DNA of 64,000 bases from Chrysomallon squamiferum (taxonomy: Eukaryota > Animalia > Mollusca), in the NCBI GenBank assembly GCA_012295275.1, contig CM022677.1:17732001-17796000 (forward strand), given 5' to 3'. The notes under the pieces are model-generated. The model saw only the letters and a program-made list of their open reading frames with translations, was not told the DNA's origin and ran no database searches. Of this stretch, positions 1-12,041 are shown piece by piece; the first letter of the stretch is position 1; each line of letters starts with the position of its first letter. The position numbers and the translations under genes were made by a program.

Positions 1-1017
1 TTGTGTTATCAGTTACTCGTTAATATCAATGAAATAGAGTGCGTTTATAACTAGGCTTAGTCATAATTCATGCTGATATATAGAATATTAATAATTATGC
101 TACTACAGTTTATAAACAAATATTAATTATGACATTGGTGAAAATAGTTCATGGCGAAAATAGTTCTTTCTTGCATAGCCTTATAATGTTAATGCATTTT
201 AAATATTTTCCTGGATGGCAAATATGCATGTAACTAAGTTTCATTATCTTCAAAATAATTAAAACACAACTTGATAATATTACTTATCCGTAAAATTTAT
301 GGAGAACAAATGTTATTTTTTTATTTATTTTTTTTATAATCTGTACATGGTAACGAGGTAAAATTTTCAAATAATAGATACTACTCAGCCATTATACTGA
401 CAGGAAAAAAAACACATTTATAAACTTATTTGTAGTCACTAGGTAAAAGGGATATATATCAGGGATCCTTTAGGATTCACTAAATACAAAAGGAGTTATT
501 ACAACAACATACATCCTATTTATATCCTACTGATTTGATTATAAAGACGCATCATAATATAATACTGTTAGTGGCAAATAAATAAATAAATAAATAAATA
601 AATAACTTGGATTAATAATAATAATATTATTATTATTATATTAGATATATTGTGTTACATTACATTGTGTTAATAATATTTTTAGAGGGGAAATAAAAAA
701 ATATATATATAAACAAACTGTATTAGTAATAATATTATATTACAATATATTGTCTTACATTACATTATAGTAATAATATTATTATTATTATATTACAGTA
801 TGTTGTGTTACATTACATTGTATTAATTATTAACTTAGATAATATTAATAATTAAGAAAATAAACACAAAACACCAAAAAGGGTCCATGATTACTGTACA
901 TCATCTGGAAAATATATCATCTGGAGAATACATCATCTGCAGAATAAATAAATAAACTTTAATAAAAATGTATAATTATTATTGACATCTATATCTAATA
1001 AGTGCTGTTTCTACAAA

Positions 1018-1048
<31 letters not shown>

Positions 1049-1864
1049 AAATAATTAAATTACCTGTAAGTACAATTTTTACTTGTGAGGATATATAAAC
1101 ACAACTTGTAGAAGTCACTTCTAAGTCACTTTAATATATATTTTCTGTAGTAATTTGAGGTCATTAACTGACATCATATGGCTGTATTTGAAATAATTTA
1201 TTATCAGTGTCAATAATTTAGTATTATTAATAATATGATGTGTATGTATGTATGTATATGTGTTTGTATATGTGTCTGTTTGTAATATGTATGAAGTGTC
1301 CAGTATTTAACTTCTACAATGTAAAGTAGCAAAAATCCGAAATAAAGAAAGAATTCATTATTGTTACTGAGTAGTAATTGTATCACTTAGCTGTGTATTG
1401 GCAGATTTTTGTACAAACATACTCAGACTACTCAGACTAATTTGAGTTCTATTGACTCAGTTATTTTTATCTTCTCTCCGTCTGTTTCCATAGTAAATGT
1501 CTGCCTCCATATTGAATTTTAACACATAGACTTGAAATTTGCCGTTTTTGACATTTAGAAAGAAGATTAAGGTCAAAGTAAAAATATGTAACACAATATT
1601 AATACCTATACAAATGTTCTAACAGGACAGTAATATATTTTATCACACACACATGCACACATACATAACAAAAAGAACAGTAAGAAAGAAACCTTATTGA
1701 AAATAACCACAAACACATTCAAACACAAACACACAACCATTCACACACAAACACAAACATTCACACAGACATACACACAGGTTTTTTTTTAATATGAAAA
1801 TATGTTGGCTTATGATCATATTACATTTGTAACTGTCTTTTTCACTTCACATTGGCTTATTTAT

Positions 1865-1912
<48 letters not shown>

Positions 1913-2609
1913 ACATCTATATAATATAGATATGTGTGTTTTTAATATTTAACAGTGTGTACATCTGTTCAGGTTCATATCTATCTGCATGTGTTTGTGT
2001 GTGTGTGTTACATGTGAAATTACATAATAATTATTTATATTTATTTATTTGTTTTCATAAAAAAATGAAAATATCTATAATCAGCAACGTTTTAAAACCT
2101 CAATCAAAGTACAGTCAGTTGACATTCCTACAGATAGGTTCACAAATAAAAAGTAGGTCATATGCAAATGAGGTGTTAGATTGATGGAATTTCATTGGTG
2201 GAGACTTACAGACACTATAATCTAGTGGATTCTTCAGTTGTTGAATTAGATACATAAAGTACAGAACAGAATTTTTTGTTCTTGCATTAAATTTGAAAAT
2301 TGTTTATAAAATTAATTATTCAGGTAAGAAATTCTTATTATATATTTGTTTTTTTCCAATGTTTAATTTTGCAGGTAACAGAGACTTCTGAAATGAATAG
2401 CATATTTTAATATTTTATTTTATTTTTAAATATTTAGTTTATTATCACTAATATTATTATTATTTTAATTATCAGTGTTTTTCCATTAATTAGCTTTAGG
2501 AATAGATAAATGATAAAAAGGATTGAATCAAGAAAATTCACAAATAACATGTTTTAATTTGGTTTTAAATTAAACATAATAATTTAAAATTCTTTCTTTT
2601 TTTCCCCAG

Positions 2610-3556
2610 CTTCACCAGGCGGCCTTGACCTCTCTGAAAGGGGAGATAATCGAGCTGAACAACAGGTTGGCACATGTAATAGCTGAAAGAGATCAGTTAG
2701 AAAAACAACTGACTAAATGTCAGGTAGGAATTGTTTGGTTTTTATTTTTATTTTTCTTTTTTTCTTTAGTATTATTATTATTATTATTTTTATCCTAGCA
2801 CTAAACTGTCATGAAATTAAATATCCAGCTCACTTTTAATGTTGTTATTCTGGTAACAGTAATAAGAAGATAGCCTGACTAGAAAATAACATGTTTGGCA
2901 ATAACTCTTGGTGATGATTTAAAGTTATTCAGGCTATCTTTCTGCTAAAGATTTAGAAAATATTTACGTTAATGTTATGACTAAATTTAAACTGAAAAAA
3001 AAAAAGAGTTTTATTTTATTATTTATTTACTTGCTTCCTTATTTGGTTATTGATGTGTTTATTTGATTATTTATTTATGATGTTTTATTACACAGACACT
3101 AAAACACAGAATACTTTCACAGGTCCAATAAATACAGGGTGGCCCAGATGTAACCGGACCTGAATTGTTTTGTAAAGTTACAGTTAAATGAAACAAATTT
3201 TATTTCATATAGTTACAGCAAATGTTCAAAATGCAAACCATTATTTGTAATACAGTGATGACATCGTTCAGTGGTTGATTCTGTTACTTTTTTGCACATT
3301 TCCGTTAAGACTTGAAATCAGTGATCATCAATTGAGCTTTTGGGTTCAGTTACATCTGGGCCACCCTGTATAATATATACAAATTCACATTCATAAAAAG
3401 AAATGTCTGTTGTGATTTTGAATACTGAGAAGATTTTGTCTGAAGTTTTTAATTTACTAATTTACTAATAGACACAATTATATACAAAAACCATTCAAAA
3501 CTTCAAATATTTCAGTGATTTTAAATATTTTTAAATTTTATTGTTTTTAATTTACA

Positions 3557-3611
<55 letters not shown>

Positions 3612-6600
3612 TTACTAATATATATATATATATATATGTTTCTAATGTGATTTTAAATATTATTTTGTTTGTTTTTAATAACATAATTGCATATACCATT
3701 AATAAATAATTTTCTTATATGCTATAATTTTGATTTTTTTTTAAATTTTGTAAAAGGATGCATATACCATTAATAAATAATTTTCTTATATGCTATAATT
3801 TTGATTTTTTTTTTAATTTTGTAAAAGGATGCATATACCATTAATAAATAATTTTCTTATATGCTATAATTTTGATTTTTTTTTTAATTTTGTTAAATGA
3901 TGCATATACCATTAATAAATAATTTTCTTATATTTATTATTATTATTAGTTTTTTTTGTTTTTATAATTGCATTAATAAATCATTTTCTTATCCTGTCTG
4001 TTTAATTATTATTTTATGTGTTTGTTACTGAAATGTGATTGTTTGTTGTCACTAAGACTGAGAAGATTCACAGTCAGAAAGACTTTGATGACAGAGTTGA
4101 CCAGACAGCGGCACGCTACGAGGAACGCGTCACTGAACTTCACAGCGTCATTGCAGAGCTGATGAAGAAAACAGACAGACACCAGATTAATGTCATCAGG
4201 TCAGTGGTCTTTAGACAGATGTGACATAATATGTAATACGAGTTTGCTGTTCTTCACTGTTTTTAATGCCACATAAATGAAACACAGTACACGTTTGTCG
4301 TTTTTCAATTCTAAAAGTACCATGAATTTGCTGTTCTTCACTGTTTTTAATGCCACATAAATGAAACATATTACACGTTTGTCGTTTTTCAATTGTAAAA
4401 ATACCATGAGTTTTCTGTTCTTCACTGTTTTTAATGCCACATAAATGGAACACAGCACAGGTTTGTTGTTATTCAATTGTAAAAATACCATGAGTTTGCT
4501 GTTCTTAACTGTTTTTAATGCCACATAAATGAAACATATTACACGTTTGTCGTTTTTCAATTGTAAAAATACCATGAGTTTTCTGTTCTTCACTGTTTTT
4601 AATGCTACATAAATGAAAATTAGTACAGGTTTGTCATTTTTAAACTAGTAAATTACCATTAGTTTGCTGTTCTTCACTGTTTTTTAATGCATTTTAAACA
4701 CATGAAGCAGTGGTATATTATTTTGGAAACATAATGAAAAATAGTATTTTGTCTTTATTCAGATGTAAAATAATACCATGCTGTTCTTCACTGTTTTTAA
4801 TGTGATTAAAAACAATAATATAATATATCTGTACACATAATGAAACAGTTTTGGTCTGTCATTATTCCTTTTAAAAATAATACCATATGTTTGCTTTTCT
4901 TCACTGTTTTTAATGCAGTTTTAACAAGAAAAGATTTCTAGGAATTTGCTGAAAATATGAAATTCCAGAAATATGTGAAGGCATTTAACCATTGTTTTCT
5001 TTCATTGTATGAGTCAAGTCAGTCATTCTTCAGATGTAAAACAACACCATTAGCTTGCTGTTCTTCACTGTGTTTAGTGCAAGAAATTCCAGAAAAGTGT
5101 AAAGACATTTAAACATTGTTTTTTTTATTATTTCTGTGTAGAGAAGAAGATGAGTTTGAAGACTCGGACAAAAGCAATGATGGAGGAAGTATCAATGAGA
5201 ATAATGCAAATGGCTCCCAATCTGCGAGTCTTGGTAATCAGCTACATTTATAACTTGTTTTTGACTATTTTANTTTAGCTGTTTTTAGACAGATGTCCAA
5301 TTGTTTTAAAAGTTTATTAATTTTAATTTACTGTATAACTAATACTTATATTATATATAAATATTAAAATTTGTGGGATTTTTTGAAATATTAAATTATA
5401 ATAATTTTTTAAAATGTTTATTTTTTTCTCATTTACTTACTGTTAGAAGGAATTAAAAAGAAAAGTAACAAATAAATATATAATTAAAATTAGATATTTT
5501 CTCAATCAGTTAATTTGATCAGAAAAAAAAAATAAATAGATTAAATTTACAAATAAAATTAAAATTCACTTCATGTCCTTTTTATTCTTTAATTACTAAA
5601 TAAATAACCATATATCCACAACATTAAAACTGAGAATAATTATAAATTAACTTAAGAAAAAAAAAAATATATATATATATATATTTTTTTTTTTTAGAAA
5701 TAGGTAATGAAATAAATGCAGAATTTTCCCGAGTTGTCACAGAACTGGAGTCAGCCATTGCAGAAAGAAAAGACTTTCCTCTCCACGATGTGTCTGATGA
5801 TCGCAACGTCGTTCAGCGTCTCAGGGCAGATGTTGAAAAAGACAACGCCGAAAGTCAGCTCCTTCAGAGCATCGGCAACAACAGCATGCAGCAGCTGAGA
5901 GACAATGGCGACAGTGACAGCCTCGATGACAAACTGGGAGACAACGAGGACAGCAGTGAATCTCCTCCCACCATCCCACCTCGAGAACCACGCAATGTCC
6001 CATTCCACCCACCCCCTCCACCTCCACCTAACAGGGTCCCAGACCCAGAGTACCTGCAGGAGGAGGTGAACTCACTGCGAGTAGAAAACAATGCTCTACA
6101 AGAACAGATAGGCAGACAGGAAATAGAACTTATACAGCTACGTAGCCATATTGAATATATCAATGATGACAGGGAGAAGTTGAAAAGAAAGGTAACTCCG
6201 CATAAATATTTAAAAAATGGTTATAATTTACATTTTTTTATTTGTAGATAGAATTAAAACACAAAACCATAAGTGGTCTTATTTATTTTAGATTCCATTT
6301 TCCTTCAGTTACATTTGAAAGAGTTACAGGATAAATTGTTGCATTTTTGTTACTGTTGAAAGAGTTAGAGGATAAACTCTTAAAAACATTTTTGTTACAA
6401 TTGAAGGAGTTACAGGATAAATTGTTACATTTTTGTTACAGTAAAAAGAGTTACATGATAAACTGTTGCATTTTCAGTGCAGTTTAAAGAGAGAATAAAT
6501 TGTTACATTTTTGTTACAGTTGAAGGAGTTACAGGATAAGTTACCTCTGACAGATTTGTCTTCTAGTCCCATGAACAGTCGAACATCAACACCAACAAAG

Positions 6601-8698
6601 ACACAAGTGAATCCTAATACAGGAGAGAGGTATAAAAAAACATTTCTTATATTCCTAGTAACCAAGGAATCAGTGTAGACAGACATATTTGTTTGTTGTG
6701 TTTATGTTTATTTTTATAAGTGGAACTTTGAGAATATACAAATTCAGGAAATAAAGAATTGAAAATGGATATATTATATGCAAAAACTTATTATTATTAT
6801 TATTATTTTTTTTTTTTTTTTTTGTATATTTTTGTTTCTATTGTATGACTTCCATTTGCTGCTTATTTACCTATTAAAAATATTTTATAGAGTATTTATT
6901 ATTTAAGTATATATGTAAATATTTTATTTATTTATTTATGTAGTTAGTTAATTATTGATTTATTGATTTACTGATTTATTTAATTAATTATTTACTTATT
7001 GATTTATTGATTGATTTATTTAATTATTTATTGATTTATTTATTTATTTATTAATTCACAGGACCACTGCAGGCAGTGATCAGTTTCCTGTAGCTAAAAT
7101 AGCAGAACTGAAGAAACTAAAAACATGTGCTGGAGACAGACAGATTCTTGGTGCTGAAATTACCTCCCTTGGGGTAAATCTCATTTAACATAATTTTAAT
7201 CTGTTGTAAAGCTTTTGTTAATTCATTCATTTTTATTATTATTTTTATTAAAAATAATTTCCAATATGTAAATTATGAGGAATTTTACTGAATTTTTGCT
7301 AATGTTAGATAAATTAAAAAATTACGTTATACACACACACGCATGCAGGCACACACACACACACAAACACACACATTTTAGCAAATTTATAATTAATGCT
7401 TAACATATTTAAATGTTAAATTGGAATATACTGGCAATATGTATAAACTTTTTTATTAATTCAATTAATGTTTTAGTTCACAATTGTTATTTGACTGATA
7501 ATTGTAATAATATGAAGAAAAATAATGAGCACTGACTGAATAACTCAATGACAATAATTTTCATAATTTCCAGTATGATGTTTTAATTTATTAAGGTTTT
7601 TTCATTTTTTTTTTTTTTTTATTTTTTTTTATTGATAATTCAGTCATGTCACCTGAGAATAAATTAAACTGACATAAAATTATTTATTGACAGTATTTTT
7701 CAAAATCTAACTGATTCTTAAATTTAGAAATGTTTTCCAACTACAATCATTCCAAATGAAATTCATTTTATACACCCAAATAAATACATTTTTAACAATA
7801 ACTCAGGATTATTATTCATTATTTTTCATGATTTTTAACCCTACATGTTTTGCCCTATGGTAATACTGTTTCAAATCAACTAAAATAAATATACATTTTT
7901 CAGAAAATAACACAGAATAAGTCATTGATGTATTATTTTTCATGACATCTGATATGAAACTGTTTTTAAAGCTTGCTTATGTTTTAAGCATCTTTAAAAT
8001 CATCTAAAACAAGACATTTTTAAACAATGACACAGAATAAGTCACTGACATATTATTTTTCATGACATCTGATATGAATTTAACTTATTTTAACCTTGCT
8101 TATGTTTTTTGCCCTGTAGAAATATCCTTTCACATCATTTTTTAACAGTAACACAAAATAAATAACTCATGACTTATTAATTTTTCTCAATTTCTTCTTC
8201 AGCTTCCAAATACGAAATTAGCCGAACATTTAGTGCAGAGTTTACAGGGCTGTTCTAACATGCAGGAAATTGTTCAGACTTTGTACAAGTGTGGTTCTGA
8301 GATAGGAGAAACCAAAGTTAAAGAGTTTGAAATTGAGTTTGAAAGACTTCAGAGCAAAATTGACCACCTCAAGTCACAGAATGACTTGGCTAACCTGACA
8401 CTGAATGAGAGCAAGTCCTACTCAGAGAGGTTGACGGTGTTGATGGGGAAGTATGAGTCTAACAACACAGCGCTGCAGTTGGCAATCAACTACTCTGATC
8501 AGGCGATAGAGGCGTATGAAGTGTTGTGTGTTCTGCTGGAGAGTGAGATGGGAGTTTTGTTAGCTAACTGTAGAGCTGCAGGACTTGGAAGTCTGGGTAA
8601 GTTACAACTAAAATTCTTATTTTAAAAATATATTATTTCAGTAATTGCTACTTCATTGAAATTCATTCCTTTTTATACATAAATGAAATTAATTTTTG

Positions 8699-8741
<43 letters not shown>

Positions 8742-9149
8742 ATTTATTTATCATCTACAAATTCAGTATTTAAGTAATTTTCAGTGTGCATGTATTTCAT
8801 TTCAGTAAGAAGGATTTCATTTCAGTGTAACCTTTCTGTATGTGTAATGTTAACTTTCAGTGTGTGTAGCTGTTAATACATAGACACTGAAATTAGCCTA
8901 AAGTACAGATGCTGAAAATAACAGTCTTATATATATATTTTATATCTGTGTATTTTAGTGTAAGTTAATTTTTGACATCTGTGCATGTTAGTGTTGTATG
9001 CTAACTCTCCAGTAAGTCTCTATGTTAATTTTACTAATTAGTGTATGTGTGTTAATTTCAGTAAATCTTTATTTTAATTAGTTAGATTGTATATGTTAAT
9101 TTCAGTGACAGCATATTAATTTCTGTAAGTCTGTGTTTATGTGTGTGCA

Positions 9150-9191
<42 letters not shown>

Positions 9192-11997
9192 TCATTTTAA
9201 TAAGTCTATATTAATTTCAGTAAGGTTGTGTATTAATTTCAGTAAGTCTGTATATTATTTTTACCATGTCTTGATGTTATTTTTACTAAGATTGTATTTA
9301 AAACATAAGTGCATTTTCTCTGTGTTTATATTCAGTAAGTGTGTATATTAATAGAGAAGTGTATTTTCTCTGTGTTTATTTTCAGTAAATGTGTATATTA
9401 ATACAGAAGTATGTTTTCTCTGTGTTTATTTTCAGTAAGTGTATATTAATACAGAAGTGTATTTTCTCTGTGTTTATTTTCAGTAAGTGTGTATATTAAT
9501 AGAGAAGTGTATTTTCTCTGTGTTTATTTTCAGTAAGTGTGTATATTAATACAGAAGTGTGTTTTCTCTGTGTTTATTTTCAGTAAGTGTGTATATTAAT
9601 AGAGAAGTGTGTTTTCTCTGTGTTTATTTTCAGTAAGTGTGTATATTAATACAGAAGTGTGTTTTCTGTGTGTTTATTTTCAGTAAGTGTGTATATTAAT
9701 ACAGAAGAGTGTATTTTCTCTGTGTTTATTTTCAGTAAGTGTGTATATTAATACAGAAGTGTGTTTTCTCTGTGTTTATTTTCAGTAAGTGTGTATATTA
9801 ATAGAGAAGTGTGTTTACTCTGTGTTTATTTTCAGTAAGTGTTTATATTAATACAGAAGTGTGTTTTCTCTGTGTTTATTTTCAGTAAGTGTTTATATTA
9901 ATACAGAAGTGTGTTTTCTCTGTGTTTATTTTCAGTAAGTGTATATATTAATACAGAAGTGTGTTTCTCTGTGTTTATTTTCAGCTGATGAGTCAGGGGA
10001 GTGTGAGGATCAGGTGGAGGTGACGTCTATACTACAGAGAGCTCATCACTCGAGGAAGTCTGCTGAAGGCGTGGCTCGACATCTACTTCACAAACTGGAC
10101 AGAAGCTGTGGAGTTCACACCACACCCTGTACTTCTCACCCCTGGGAGGATCTGTCTTCTAACAGCAGAACTGCAAGGTGACACTTTACTTGAAGTCTTT
10201 TTGTGTTAAATGGACTTTGTTTTCTATTATTTTATATTTAGTTGTGTAAATACTGAAATTGACTTTATTAATTAATACACTTTATTTTTCACTACTTCAA
10301 GGTGACACCTGATATTATACTTTCACTTTGTTTTTATACCTTACTATAATTACTTTTCTGTCTAAAGAGATTCTGTCTTTAACATTTTAATTATTCTTTT
10401 AAAATTGTCTTTATTTTGTACATTAATAATTTGTTTTTCAGTAATTAAACTGCATTTATATTTAAATGGACTATTTGTTTTACCTTGTATTGAATTAAAT
10501 CCACTTTGTTTTTAATACTTTAAGTGATTTTGTTTTTATATATATAAATTATCTTTATTTTATATTTATTGAAATCCAATTTTATACCTTTGATATTGCT
10601 TTTATTAACCTAAATGGACTTGTAATTAAAAAAAAATAGTTTTGCATCTGACTGGAATTTTTTTTCAGTAAGATAGATTTTGATTTTGCTGTAGTCTACA
10701 GTCTATTCTGTAATTTAATTATCTTTTTAAAAGTATTTGACCTAATTAGAGTATTATAAATTTCAAGTGCATTAACTTATTTTTCCATGACTAGTGATAA
10801 TCTTTACCAAACCAACTTTTCATTTTGAATTGTCCAGCACGTCCAGTTCTACGGCCAGCTCAGTGGACACTGACTTCACCAAACTCGATGAACAGAGACT
10901 GCGTGAGTACATTCAGTCACTGAAGAATGACCGGGCAGCGGTCAGAATGACCGTCATGGAGCTGGAGAGTTTACACTGTGATCCTCTGCTTGATGAACCC
11001 AAGAAAACTCCAGAAGCTCAAAGACTGGATTTGGAAAATGCTGTGTTAATGCAGGAGCTGATGGCTATGAAGGTCAGTGTTACTAAATGTGTTGTTCTGT
11101 CTGTATAAAAATTCCTTGCTGCTAATCTTAAAAGAGAATAACCCATTATTTTTGGTGAACAGGAGTCTTCTCTCATTGTGTTTGTGTTTTTAAAGTTTGA
11201 ATAAATTAATATAAAAATTGTCTTCTATTTTTGTATTGTATTTTTTCTTTTCATATTCTTTTATCAATAACACTTTGATCTTTGTTTTATATTTATTATT
11301 ATGTTCATTCTGTGTATTTAAAAATATTTTCTGGGATTCTAGACAGATTTATTCTTAACATTAGAATAGCATATTATTAAAACTACCTTGATGTCTTGTA
11401 CTACATTAACTAGTATTTCTGTTCTTTTGATTTTATTAATGACACTTTGGTCTTTATTTTGAATCATACTGTATTTATATTAAAATATTTTCTGAATTCT
11501 GGACAGACTCAATTTGCTCACCTTGTTGTAATTTTGTTTTTCAGGAGGAGAAGGCAGAGCTGAAGGCTCAGAACTACTTGATGGAGAAGGAGAAGAGAGC
11601 TCTGGAGTTGAGACTGAGTGGTAAGGAGTCACAGGAGCAGGCCTACAGAGTACAGATAGAGCATCTCAAGTGTGAGATCTCAGAGCACCAGCAGAGACTG
11701 GGCAGAGACGGCAAACACAAACATGTGATTATCTCTGTTTTATCTATCATTTTATCTGTTCTAAGTTTTATATATATAATTATATCTGTTCATGTGATTA
11801 TTTTATTTATCACTTTATCTCTTCTAAGTTAGATATATATATATATATATATTATATAAACAGACTGGACAAAACAAACAAACATGTGATTTATCTCTGT
11901 TTCTAAGTTTAGTATATATATATATATAATTTATAAACAGACTGGGCAAACAAACACAAACTTCTGATTAGTTTTAGATTTATCTCTTCTAAGTTAG

Positions 11998-12041
<44 letters not shown>

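Noticed and set aside
4201-4593. Repetitive minus-strand ORFs
   Set aside because: They lie wholly in the intronic 84-bp minisatellite of MCC.
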